This document shows, piece after piece, positions 12,087-24,389 of a stretch of DNA of 64,000 nt. Origin of the DNA: Felis catus (taxonomy: Eukaryota). The position numbers were made by a program, and so were the translations under genes. The notes beneath the pieces are model-generated. The model had not been told where the DNA came from and did not search any database. It was given only the letters and a program-made list of their open reading frames with translations. Location of the stretch: assembly GCF_018350175.1 (NCBI RefSeq), contig NC_058368.1, forward strand, positions 67,210,001-67,274,000, written 5' to 3'. Position 1 is the stretch's first letter; every line of letters starts with the position of its first letter.

Positions 12087-12524
12087 TGTTAACCTTAAAA
12101 AGAAAACTGCCAATTATTTTACCAGCAAAAAAATAGGTTCCTGCAGGAAGAGCAGAGAATTACCGTCAGGTTCAAGCATACTAGAAAGCAAGTCCCCAGA
12201 ACAAAGGAGAGGAAAGCTCTCCTACAGAGGAAAGGGGGTGGGGGAGAGTTGGGAGGAGTTGTTGCAAACCAAAAGTCTACTGGAGTGAACTGGGAGAAGT
12301 ATAGAAGCTTCTCATTGGCTGAGTTGTGACAGTTTCTCATTGGCTGGGCTGTTGCTGGGGGAGAAGGAAAGTCTTTCCTCCTCCTGTTGGGGCAATAAAA
12401 TAGTACCAGTGCAAGGTGGGTCTCTTCTGTTGGGTCTGCCATTGGCAAGGAATGGTAGGGCACGCGCGCTCCCTCGACCTTCCAAGTCCACCCTAAATGA
12501 AGTTCCCTTGCATTAATTTTCACA
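12087..12524 (-). mobile_element. 5' LTR of the provirus
   Basis: + strand reads TGTTAACCTTAAAAA...TTTTCACA; twin CCAAT boxes on the - strand; adjacent to the PBS. Confidence 0.88.
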
Positions 12525-12754
12525 ACAAATACCCACAATGCCCAGGTTTGTGTCCCATACTGTCTCCTAAAGTTCCCCAGCAGGATTATGCGCCAGTAGC
12601 CCATACCGGAAATGTGCTTGATAGCACGTCTTCATTCCCTTTCCTGTGTCACTTGGCACTCAATTACCATTGCTTCCTGGGCTCACCTCCCAAAAAACTT
12701 CTTTACATTCAAATTCCTGTCTTAGAGTTTGTTTTAGGGACCCAAACTAAGACA
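12525..12754 (+). mobile_element. LTR16-type solo LTR, 3' part
   Basis: Ends ...GGGACCCAAACTAAGACA, the typical LTR16 terminus. Confidence 0.7.
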
Positions 12755-12913
12755 ACAGAAAATAATCATATAATGACATGAATGCATCAGAAGAAAATAT
12801 TACATAATGGTAACAGTAATTATTTCTATATTGTGGAATTATGGGTGATTAAAAACTAAAACAAATCTTTTTACCGGCAAGAAAAAAACATTTTTTAAAT
12901 GTTTTATTTATTT

Positions 12914-12950
<37 letters not shown>

Positions 12951-13233
12951 AGAGTGGGGGAGGGGCAGAGAGAGAGGTGGACAGAGGATCAAAGCAGGCT
13001 CTGGGCTAACAGGCTGACAGCAGTGAGCTGGATGTGGGGCTTGAACTCACAAACCCTGAGATCATGACCTGAGCCAAAGTCTGATACTTAACCAACTGAG
13101 CCACCCAGGTGCCCCAAGGGAAATTTTTTTTTTTAATTTTTAAAAATTTTATTTCTTTTGAGAGAGACAGAAACAGTGTGAGTGGGGGAGGGGCAGAGGA
13201 GGGTGGGGGGATCCCCAGCAGGCTCAGCGCTGG

Positions 13234-13609
13234 TGTTAACAGAAGGGTGGGAGAGAGGCTGGTCCTGGTCTCACGGAGTCGAAGAATGAATCTCGCTGAC
13301 GACAGAAAGTGAGCAAAGCGATCGAGTTTATTGAGGGAAAGGATAAAGCTTTCAAGAGTGAGAGGGGTCCCCACTGGGTAGCCGCTGAGGATTTCTGTCC
13401 CTGACTTTTTATTGGGACCTCATCAGAAAGTTCGTGAGACTTCACACATGACACCTAGCTTGGGCAGGTCTGGAACACATTTATCGTCTCCTCTTCTTCC
13501 CCAAACTCTGCTGCCGCTGAGGATTCCTCAGCCCCCTACTTGCAGCTGCAGCTGCCTCCCTGAAGGCCCCTTATATTTCCCTGCCTAACGTTACCCCTTT
13601 CCCTGCTCA
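13234..13609 (-). mobile_element. Solo LTR (376 bp) inserted within a CAN-SINE
   Basis: TG...CA ends; perfect 4-bp TSD CTGG (13230-13233 and 13610-13613); AATAAA on the - strand. Removing it restores the SINE sequence. Confidence 0.85.
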
Positions 13610-13756
13610 CTGGCAGCGCAGAGCCCGATGTGGGACTTGAACTCACGAAACCTTGAGATCGTGAGACCTGAGCGAAACCGAGAATCGGAAACTTAACCAA
13701 ATGGGCCATCCGGGTGCCCCCCCCAAGAAAAAAAAATTATTTAAGAAGTGCTGTTA

Positions 13757-13987
13757 GGGGCGCCCGGGTGGCTCAGTCGGTTAAACGTCCGACTTCAGCC
13801 AGGTCACGATCTCGCGGTCCGGGAGTTCGAGCCCCGCGTCGGGCTCTGGGCTGATGGCTCAGAGCCTGGAGCCTGCTTCCGATTCTGTGTCTCCCTCTCT
13901 CTCTGCCCCTCTCTGGTTCATGCTCTGTCTCTCTCTGTCTCAAAAAGAAATAAACGTTAAAAAAAAAAAATTAAAAAAAAAATAAAA
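13757..13987 (+). mobile_element. Young CAN-SINE
   Basis: TSD AAGAAGTGCTGTTAG. Confidence 0.95.
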
Positions 13988-16406
13988 AAGAAGTGCTGTT
14001 AGTATCATCTACAGATTAGCAGAGGTTTCGCGAATTTTGGAAGTCAGCCTTGAAAGAGCAAAACCTGGTTAGTAAATAAAACCGTCACCACGTCAGCTTT
14101 CTCAGCAACTAGTAGCAGATATACCAATATCCACATGAAAAACACACTAAAAATCCAAGCTTCCAAGAAATTTAGAATCATCTAGAATTATGCTTCAGAC
14201 CCAATGTTATATCATATAAGACAATTGCTTGGCAAAGCATGATATTTTTCATTCACGAATGAAACAACAGCTACCGTTCATTGAATGTGTAACTGTACTA
14301 CCCTTTTATCATCTAAGTCCTCGCAAGACTACTGTGAGGTCTGATTATTCTTTCTTTACAGATAATAAAGTTCAGACAAGTTGAAAGAACGGTGAAGTCA
14401 AGTCTCCACAATGGAGAAAAAAAAAAAAAAGATTTGAACCCAAATATCAACCCCCCATAGCCCATCGGCTGCCTCCCTCTCCATCCTCACCGATTATTTT
14501 ATTATTTTATTTTTATTTATTTTTTTTAAAAATTTTTTAACATTTATTTATTTTTGAGACAGAGAGAGACAGAGCATGAACAGGGGAGGAGCAGAGAGAG
14601 AGGGAGACACAGAATCTGAAACAGGCTCAGGCTCTGAGCCATCAGCACAGAGCCCCACGCGGCACTGGAACTCACAGACCGCGAGATCATGACCTGAGCC
14701 GAAGTCGGACGCTTAACCGACTAAGCCACCCAGGCGTCCCCCCCACCGATTATTTTAGAGTCAGAAACAGAAAGTTAAGGAATGGTCGGAATGGTCGCTG
14801 TGTCATCGTCTCTGACGTGCTTGCTGAAATTCAGAACCACAAAGCTGGACGCATCTGAAGACCGGCTGTAGAAGCGACAGTTGCCTCAGGCAGGTTGAAA
14901 CGGGGTCAGCAGAAACGTGCTGGGTTGAACGATTGGAATGCTGTGCTCTCCAAAGCTCAGAGCACAGACGTAAGGATGAGAACGGCAGAAAAAGGAACTT
15001 GTCCAGCAAAGACATGGTTTTTCAAAAATTGCCCAGGCCAAGAACACACAACTTGAAAGTCTATTTGAACCTCCAGGGCTAAAAATGCCACATGTTGCAT
15101 AATTACCTAGAGTCGAATAAGCTACTTCTGTCACACTCACAGAGCAACAGCTTTTATTTACCTATCAGCAGTATTTGCTGAATACATACACTCACTACTC
15201 TATTCACATGTAAAAAGTAAACTAATCTTCAGGAGATACGGGAAAAGGAATCCTGTTGGTTCAATTTTCAGCCCTTCAAAAAAAAAACAAAAACAAAAAC
15301 AAAAAAACTAATACATGGGTATCAACACAAGAAGGAAACAAGTAACTTTGGGTTTTTTTCCCCATCTACGAAACCCATCTGAATATAAGTCAATATTTAT
15401 AGGAAGAAAGTAAGTGCACTTGAAAGTGTTATTTTTGGAATGAATAACAAAGTGTGGAATACTAATCAGCCTTAAAAAGGAAGAAAATTCCGACGCACAC
15501 AACAACATGGATGAGACTTGAAGACTGCATCAGGGCATACAACAAATATTGAATATAGACCAGAAAAGTGTCAGTCAAGACACATGACTGAGTTTGGATT
15601 GTACTGACACATTAATAATCTAATTTTACAGGGATAATATAAGAAATTTAAAATACTCTGCAGAGCTCTTTTTTCCTTTTAAGGGAGGTGGCCATAATTT
15701 CATGCTCTATGTGATTAATGATAATAAAATTTTAACAACAGCGATAGCAGAAACTATTGATTTAGTGCCTTGGGGCCAAACCTCCTGAGTGTGTGTTCAT
15801 ATATAGATACACACATATACATGTATTTACATGTATATAATTTTTAATCTTTGCAACAGTCTTGTGAAGCACATTTTAGTATCTCCATTTTACGAGTAAG
15901 GAAAGTAAGGAAACATTCTCTACGAGGGCAACCTAATCATGGAAACCAAATAAAGAAGCCAAGTTTGAACTTAAAAACATATCCTTTTGGCTTCACAGCC
16001 ATACTTTTTCTAGTCTACCATATGGTTTCCATTGATGCTGCCCATATCTGTCTAGAAGCCAGGGGACAATAGCATTGGCGTTGTCCTTACTCCCCAAGTC
16101 GGGTCTGGATGAGATTATAGTGGCACTGACTGATGACAAGGGTACCCCCTGAGCAAAGGCGGGCTGTCCACATGTGTCCATATGGTGCTTTATCACATTT
16201 CATTTAAGTCTGTTAAATGGCAAAAAGATTTCAGTCCCATAACTTTCTAGCATAGAATAAAAGCAAAATTTTCTTCACTCAGAGCCTTCCTAGACCTTTC
16301 CAAGATACTCAGTTCTAAGTTTAGGGAAGCAGAAGACAACAGGCCCTAAATGTCCTCTGCACCAAACAGAGCCTTGAAGTCTCAAGTGTTTAATCACCGA
16401 GCTTCA

Positions 16407-16409
16407 GTG

Positions 16410-16480
<71 letters not shown>

Positions 16481-16486
16481 CAGAGA
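16407..16486. repeat. Compound (GT)n(GA)n(GAGACA)n microsatellite
   Basis: Seen directly. Confidence 0.95.
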
Positions 16487-17127
16487 TGTACTAGGGAGGG
16501 GGACTGGCCTGCTCTCATGAAGGGACATATCAGAATAGGAATAGGGGTGCTTGGCACTATTTTCCCCCATTACATGCTCTGGTCATAGCACATGGAATTT
16601 TGAGTGTTTCAAGGGCCTGTGCCAATATTTGGGTGCACAAAATAATTATCAGCTTCAAAATTTCAAAAGAAAGCTATAATATTGAGATTTATAATTATTT
16701 AATTAAGTATGTATACAACATAATCTGTGACAACACCATTCATTGTCAATTAAGATTTGTTGAAAGTAATCTCTACCCCTAACGTGGGACTCGAACTCAC
16801 AACCCCAAGATCAAGAGTAGTGTGCTCCACTGACTGAGTTAGCCAGGCACCTGCCAGTTTTAGTATTTATAAATGTTTTGTTATTGAAACTGATTTGAAT
16901 GGCCTCATTTTCTTACTGCATAGGAATTCCTAAACATATACACTATTTGTAGATATATCTATGGCGAGAGGTCTCAGAGCCGATCAGAAAATAAATGAGT
17001 TACTTGTAGCCCCATAACTGCAAAGCAAAATCCTTTCAAAAATGATTCCAACAAAAAACATACTTTATGTAGGATGTGAGTGCATTTTGATATGTGATCT
17101 AATCTCAGGTGGGATCCAGCAAAGTAT

Positions 17128-17301
17128 CCAGGGCCAACACTGACTCTGTGGGCGTGCAACCTGTGTACAGGGTCCCATGTTTGGAGGGCCCCGAAATTGT
17201 ATAATGCTCTGTTGTTGTCATTTTGAGAGTCTTAATTTTTGAGCAATGAACCCCACATTTTCATTTTGCACTGGGTTCTACAAATTATATAGCTGGTCTT
17301 G
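17128..17301. mobile_element. MER53 MITE
   Basis: CAGGGCC...GGCGTGCAACCTGTG...TTTTCATTTTGCACTGGG...AAATTATATAGCTGGTCTTG. Confidence 0.7.
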
Positions 17302-17323
17302 TCCAGAATTTAATAAGATTTTA

Positions 17324-17549
17324 TTTTTTTTAATTTTTTTTTCAACGTTTTTAAATTTATTTTTGGGACAGAGAGAGACAGAGCATGAACGGGGGAGGGG
17401 CAGAGAGAGAGGGAGACACAGAATTGGAAACAGGCTCCAGGCTCCGAGCCATCAGCCCAGAGCCTGACGCGGGGCTCGAACTCAGGGACTGCGAGATCGT
17501 GACCTGGCTGAAGTCGGACACTTAACTGACTGCGCCACCCAGGCGCCCC
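17324..17549 (-). mobile_element. Young CAN-SINE
   Basis: TSD AGAATTTAATAAGATTTTA. Confidence 0.95.
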
Positions 17550-20231
17550 AGAATTTAATAAGATTTTAAAACAGCCCTGGATAGGGGCACCTGGGTGGCT
17601 CAGTAGGTTAAGCATCCAACTCTTGATCTTGGCTCAGGTCATGATCTCACGCTTTTTTGAGTTCAAGCCCCACATGGAGCTCTGTGCTGACAGCATGGAG
17701 CCTGCCTGGGATTCTCTCTCTCTCTGCCTCTGTCTCTGCCCTTCCCCCACTCACACTATGTCTCTCTCTCTCAAAATAAGTAAACATTTAAAAAATTAAA
17801 AAAAAAAGAAGTCTCCTCTCTTATTAAAAAATAATAATAATTAAAAAAAAAAACAAAACAGCCCTGGACAGAGCTGTGTATTATTCTAAAACAATATAAA
17901 GCGGTTGCTGCCCTTTGCTTCAGTTTACTTTTAGGTCCTGGGCTTCATTTATTTGAAAAAATGGGGGCACCTGGGTGCCTCAGTCAGTTAAGCATCCAGC
18001 TTCAGCTCGAGTCATGATCTCACGGTTTGTGGGTTCAAGCCCCACGTTAGGCTCTGTGCTGACAGCCAGGAGCCTGGAGCCTGCTTCGGATTCTGTGTCT
18101 CCCTCTCTCTCTCTGTCCCTCCCCCACTCACACTCTGTCTCCGTCTCTCAAAAACAAAGTAATAAACATTTAAAAAGTAATAAATTAAAACAAATTTTTT
18201 TAACTCTATTAAACAGAGACACAGACCAACATGGAAACGCACTGCAAACAGTACCAAGAATTTGCAAAAAATAAAGGGCACTTCAAAATTAAATTCAGAC
18301 TAAGCACTTCAAAAGGTATTGGAGGCCAAATTCCATCTAGGCTAGGAACCAAGAGTGAACAAACATTACCTCCACAAATTAAATTTTTAAGTGGCTGCAG
18401 GACATTTTCATCTAGTTCAGATAAAGTTTTTAAAATGATTGTATCTACGATCCATCAAAGTACTGTCTAGACAAAGGACGGTATTTTCTGTTTGGGGAAG
18501 CCCGGAGAGGAAAAACCTTGGGGCCACATCCTGCTGATATCCTAGGAGCCTCAATGGCAGGATAAGGCCCTAAGTGTTCAGGGAGGCACACACCAACACT
18601 TAACCCTCCCCTTTCCTCCCACACCCTGAGAAGTCAAGGGCCAGGTGAGGACATTGCCATTTGTGGACATGAAAGGAAAGCTCGCTCGAGGGACTGGCGA
18701 GGGGGCACACACACGCTAGCTGACTTCAGTGCTCTTTGGACAGCATGGAAGGAAAGGCGGCCAACGGGAATGGTCTTGTTCATCACCATCGTCATCAGTT
18801 CTATTATTTAAATAAAAATGATTTTAATTTGCTAGCCAATCTTTTCACCCTAAACCTAATATCTACCCATCATGGAAAGTTTGGAAAATATAGTAAAAAA
18901 ACTACGATGGTTGAAATAAGTCCAAATACATCAGTCATCATAATAAGTTAAAATGGATTTACCAGGGCTCCTGGATGGCTCAGTCGGTTAAGCATCTGAC
19001 TCTTGATCTCGGCTCAGGTCATGATCTCATGGTTCCTGAGTTCGAGTCCTGCACCTGGCTCTGTGCTGACACCGTGAGCCTGCTTGGGATTCTCTCTCTC
19101 TCCCTCTCTCTCTGCCCCTCCTGTGCATACTCTCTCTCTCTCTCTCTCAAAATAAATTAATTAATTAAAAAAAAGAAAGCATAGCCACATCATACAAAAT
19201 ATATTTCATCCCTAAAATAAGATTTGAATAAGAATGCAAATATTACATATTAAATCTTGTGGGCTACAGATACGCTATACTTATCCTGAGCAATCTGGTG
19301 TCTGTAACAGGTCTGTAACCTGGTTTTACAACAGGTGTTGTATCTCTATTTTACAACAAAATAGTTGTTCCAAATTCCTTTGTATTCTCGGCGCGTGTCC
19401 TACTCCACCCCACCTCACCCACCCCAGTCCCCTCTACTGACACCTTTTTTTATGAAGTCATGATCAAAATATATTTTATCTGGATAGTCGCTATAAGAGG
19501 GTCACAGAATAACACATTCCCAATCCTTTCTAAATTAAAGAGACTGTTCACTTTAGATATTCTGAAGGCAACCAAAACCAAAAACAAAACTATTAAGGAA
19601 GGAAGGTAAGTTTTCCCCCCATCCTAGCCCCCAGTCACCCTCTGCAGAGGCAGCAGCTGTTCAGTGCTGTGACGTGCTTTGTTCACAAACACACCTGAGT
19701 GACATATGCTCGCAGTTCTGGTCTTTCAATAATAGCACATATGAAAACACTATTCTCCCTGATGCTTTTCTCATTTCACGGACAGCCTTCTATATCAGCA
19801 CCTAGAGTTAGATCTCCACTGTGTTAATGCCCCACATGAACTTAACCACAACCAGTTTTGTGATAACATCTCTCTTCAGAGATACCTATACCCGCGCATG
19901 ACTCTATCTTTAGGATGTGTCCCTGCAGTACAAAGTTGTGCTGAAACACACATCCATTAAAATTTTGATAGATTTCTGTTTTCAGAAACTTTCACCAAGG
20001 TTTATAAAGGTCCTTATGTCCACACTCTAGCCAACACTATACATTTTTTGATCTTTTATACTCTGTGAGATAAAAAATTGTACCTCACTGTTGTTTTAAT
20101 TTGCATTTCCCTAATTATGAGCAAGGGTGAGCATCTTTTCTCTGGGTCATAAGCAAGTTGCATTTTCCCCCTATGAAGGATCTTCTGGATCTTTTGTTAA
20201 ATTTTCAGTAGGGTTGCTAGTATCGTACCTC

Positions 20232-20496
20232 TTTTTTTTTTTTTATTTTTTTTTCAACGTTTATTTATTTTTGGGACAGAGAGAGACAGAGCATGAACGG
20301 GGGAAGGGCAGAGAGAGAGGGAGACACAGAATCGGAAACAGGCTCCAGGCTCCGAGCCATCAGCCCAGAGCCCGACGCGGGGCTCGAACTCACAGACCAC
20401 GAGATCATGACCTGGCTGAAGTTGGACGCTTAACCGACTGCGCCACCCAGGCGCCCCAACCTCTTTTTTTTTTTTAATGTTTGAATTTTTTTTATT

Positions 20497-20534
<38 letters not shown>

Positions 20535-20697
20535 CCAGCTGGTGAGGGGCAGAAGAGAGGGAGAGAAACCCAAGCCGGGTCCACACTGTCAGCACAGAGT
20601 CCAATGCGAGGCTCGATCTCATGAAACAGGAGATCACCACGACCTGAGCCGAGATTAGGAGTCTGTCGCTTAATGGATTGAATAACCCAGGTGCCTC
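20232..20697 (-). mobile_element. Young CAN-SINE (20232-20457) next to the tail of an older CAN-SINE
   Basis: ACCTCTTTTTT repeated on both sides of the young copy. Confidence 0.9.
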
Positions 20698-20699
20698 AG

Positions 20700-21189
20700 G
20701 TGCACCTATTTTAAATAAAAGTTGCTGAAGAGACTGTGCAGGAGGGACATTCAGACCCTCCCGGGTCCCCCCCCCAAGAGCAGGAAATAAGCCTCCCGTG
20801 TGAAAGATGCCCTCCCTGTATCAGGAGGTCAAGAGACATCCTTATCACCAGAGATGGGAAATTTAGAGCCAAGCAGGCTGTGAAGACAATCCTTATTACT
20901 TTTTCCTAATTTACTACCCCAGCAAAACTCTGTTTAGAATTCCTTCTAATTGAAGCTAAGTTTTCGCATCCTGTCAATTCCCCACAGATCTATTGTCTTT
21001 TTGTATAAAAAGTATAAAAACTGCCTGCCTGGCCATTTCTTTAGGCCTCAGTTTGATTATCGGGCCTCTGTGTGCACATAAAACTCTGGGTTTCTTTCTC
21101 CTGATAATCTGTCTCATGTAAATTTAATTCTTAGTCCAGCTGGAAGACCTTGAAGGCCAAGGAAATTTTTCCCTTCCTTTCCCCCTGCA
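20700..21189 (+). mobile_element. ERV1 (MER34-like/carnivore) solo LTR
   Basis: TATAAAA motifs ~21005-21020; LTR-type 3' end ...TTTCCCCCTGCA; 5' boundary uncertain. Confidence 0.6.
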
Positions 21190-22429
21190 GCAAACTTTTA
21201 CTTCTACTGAATCCATTTCAACAGTCTTATTCTCTGTGGTGTCCAGGTTAATGCCTTTTTAAGAAAGTCTTCTCTAAGCCAAGATTATTAGGAAGAAATA
21301 ATCTATGTTTATTTCTAAGATTTTTATAGATTCATTTTAAAAATGTGTAAATCTTTGATCCACATATACCTTTTCAGTGTGAATTTGTATCAAATGTATC
21401 GAATTCTCAGTTAGCTTGTTACTGCCACACCAGTTATTGAAGAATGTTTCTTCAAGAGTCTGAATTGCTGTCTTTGTCATTTACTAAATTCCTTCATGCA
21501 TTGTTGTCCATAATTAGAGTCCACTGTTTCATGACTTTGCTGTCACCGAACTATTTTAATTATCTTAGCATAGTTTTTTGCCTTTTCTTCTCTGAGATGC
21601 CAACTCACTTTGAGTGCTTTTTCTGTTTTGTCTTATCTTTAAGCACATTTTTTCTTCAAGCCCTTCGGATTTCTTCGCAGAACTTTTCTTCCAGACAGAC
21701 CCTATTTGATTTAAAGGATTAGTATTCCTTCTAAATGTCCTTCCAGATTACTGGCACTTTCTGTCAGTGGTTTCGGATGGAGGCTTGGCCCCACAGGGCA
21801 AAGCTACTACTTAGATATATGAGTAGGCGCCATTGTTCTGGGAGTAAGACTGTTTACCTTGAAATTATCTCCTTTTCATGGAAAAGTCAGGTCACTAGTG
21901 TCTCTTAATTATGAAATTGTATAGCAAATAGGTCTTTGAGTCCTGTAATGATTTTTTTTTAAGTTTATTTATTTGGGGGAGATAGAGAGACAGAGTGGGG
22001 GAGGGGCACAGAGAGGGAGACACAGAATCTGAAGCAGGCTCTAGGCTCTGAGCTATCAGCACAGAGCCCGACATGGGACTCGAACCCACAAAGCGCGGGA
22101 TCATGACCTGGGCCGAAGTCAGACACTCAACCGTCTGAGCCAGCCAGATGCCCCATAGACCTGTAATGATTTATGCAACCTTGACTGCTCAGCTTAGAAT
22201 CACAGAAATTGTTACATAAGGTGTAGACCCATGCGTGACTCAGGGAATAAAGTTTAACAAGACTTTTTCTGTTTTGAGTGGCTTCAAGTCTCTGCTGTGG
22301 AGGTAGGAAGAAGGTGGAGTCTGGGCTGAGAGGCACAGACTCGAGAACATTCCAGACCTAGCCCTTCGGTGGCTGGCCAGTTGGGTTTGTGAGGCAAGAT
22401 AGTTGACGCCTGTGATTTTATGCTGTGCT

Positions 22430-22785
22430 GTGGGCCCAGGCCTATTTGGGTGTAAAGGTTGTAGAGAAATGACAAGGCAAAAGAAAGGGGGGTTAGGTTT
22501 TCAGGGGTGGCCCACTGTGGGGACATAAATATAGGGGGGAAACTAATGGAAGACAAGGTTCTTTCCTAAGGTTTGTTTGCAGACCCATCTCGGCGCCCAC
22601 TTTCTGTCTTCCTCATGGACTTAACCCTTCCCAGGATGGGGGATTTGTGACAGTCCTCATTTCTCAAAAGTTTCTGCTTTTAGTCACACAAGGGAAGCTC
22701 CTAGAAGGCTCCTCCTCACATCTGTTAATTCTCATTTGCCTTCGGCTCAAAATAATCCTTATGCCAGAGTGGCATATTTCCACTA
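22430..22785 (-). mobile_element. ERV1 (MER34/MER39-like) LTR fragment
   Basis: CTCAAAATAATCCTTATGCCAGAGTGGCATATTT resembles the 5' part of MER34-group LTRs in reverse. Confidence 0.5.
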
Positions 22786-23405
22786 TGATTTTTTTTTAAA
22801 GTGTTATTTCTGAAAGCAAGAAGCAAAAAGGAATGCCTTCACCTTTTTTTTTTTCTTTAAGTAATCCCTACACCCAACGTGGGACTTAGACTTACAACCC
22901 TGAGATCAAGAGTCACATGCTCTGTTGACTGAGCCAGCCAGGCGCCCCTTCATCTGTTTCTTAGAATCACAATGTCAAAGTTGCTTTACATGCTCTCAAT
23001 GTGTCATATTTAATGGAGCAGTGGGGGTGTTTCTCTGTGACTTGGGGTATAAGATCCCCCAGTCATCCCCAGAGTGCTCTCAGGGGACAGATCCAGGCTC
23101 TCCCCTGCCTGGGCCCCCTCCCTTTCGGGCACCAGGATCCTCAGGAAAACCCAAGTTTGAGGTCATTGGGAACAGGGCCCATTTCTGTTCAGCTCACCCT
23201 TCCAGCTTAGGCTGGCCCGGCTGCTGAAGGGAAGCTGGTGCTGGTTAGCCTATCTACAAAGTGGAAAGTTACAGAGATTTTTGGCTCTAGGGAGTAAGTG
23301 ACACCAAGCATCTTAAAACAGATTCTGCCCTGTGAATGATGGAGGCCTGATCCCCTGCTTCTGGGGCTACGTTCCAGGCTGGTGTAGCCTTTGTACAGAG
23401 ATTCT

Positions 23406-23832
23406 TTTTTTTTTTTTTTTTTTTTTTTAATTTTTTTTTTTTCAACGTTTATTTATTTTTGGGACAGAGAGAGACAGAGCATGAACGGGGGAGGGGCAGA
23501 GAGAGAGGGAGACACAGAATCGGAAACAGGCTCCAGGCTCTGAGCCATCAGCCCAGAGCCCGACGCGGGGCTCGAACTCACGGACCGAGAGATCGTGACC
23601 TGGCTGAAGTCGGACGCTTAACCGACTGCGCCACCCAGGCGCCCCCTTTTTCTTTTTTTTTTTTAACGTTTATTTATTTTTGAGACAGAGAGAGACAGAG
23701 CATGAACGGGGGAGGGGCAGAGAGAGGGAGACACAGAATCTGAAACAGGCTCCAGGCTCTGAGCTGTCAGCACAGAGCCCGACGCGGGGCTCGAACTCAC
23801 AGGCCGCGAGATCACGACCTGAGCCGAAGTTG
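23406..23832 (-). mobile_element. CAN-SINE dimer inside one TSD
   Basis: TSD GTACAGAGATTCT (23393-23405 and 23833-23845). Confidence 0.9.
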
Positions 23833-24263
23833 GTACAGAGATTCTGAACGAAGACTTTCCTCCAAGTCAAGTTGGAAGATCTATGGACTATTTTCTAGTT
23901 GGGGGCAAAGGTGAACATATGACAAATACCTAGAGAATTATGTGATCTAGTGTATAACTGAATACTAAAAGGTCCTGTGTAGGTGCTACCTACAATTGGG
24001 TTTTAACAAAGGAGATGATTGTCAGGGGTTCAGATTCTCATAGCAGATTTCATACATGAGGCATGTACACATCTCTGTTAAAGGTGTGAACTTACTTTTT
24101 AATTAAACAAAATTCTAGGGGCACCTAGGTGGCTCAGTCAGCCCAGGTCATGATCTCAGGGCCGTGGGATTGAGCCCCTCATCAGGGCTCTGTGCTGAGT
24201 ATGGAGCCTGCTTGAGATTCTCTCTCTCCCTCTCCCTCTGCTTCTCCCCCACTCACATGCATG

Positions 24264-24301
<38 letters not shown>

Positions 24302-24389
24302 AAAAAAAAAAATCCATGTGTTTTTAGAAAGGAATTTAAACTAGGTCAGCCACAGTTTTCTTTCTATAAAATGGAATGATGAGTCGTCC

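Larger units (their letters stand above)
7245..12524 (-). mobile_element. Internally deleted ERV1-class (gammaretrovirus-like, probably MER4/MER34-group) provirus
   Basis: Two homologous LTRs with TG...CA ends, plus PBS, PPT, and gag/pro/RT/env remnants. Possible degenerate 4-bp TSD: GCGA (7241-7244) and ACAA (12525-12528). Confidence 0.88.
19700..21700 (-). mobile_element. Old L1M fragments split by SINEs and an LTR
   Basis: GTTTTAATTTGCATTTCCCTAAT and similar motifs; T-rich. Confidence 0.55.

Noticed and set aside
12119..12604. 161-aa ORF
   Set aside because: Runs through LTR sequence; chance ORF.
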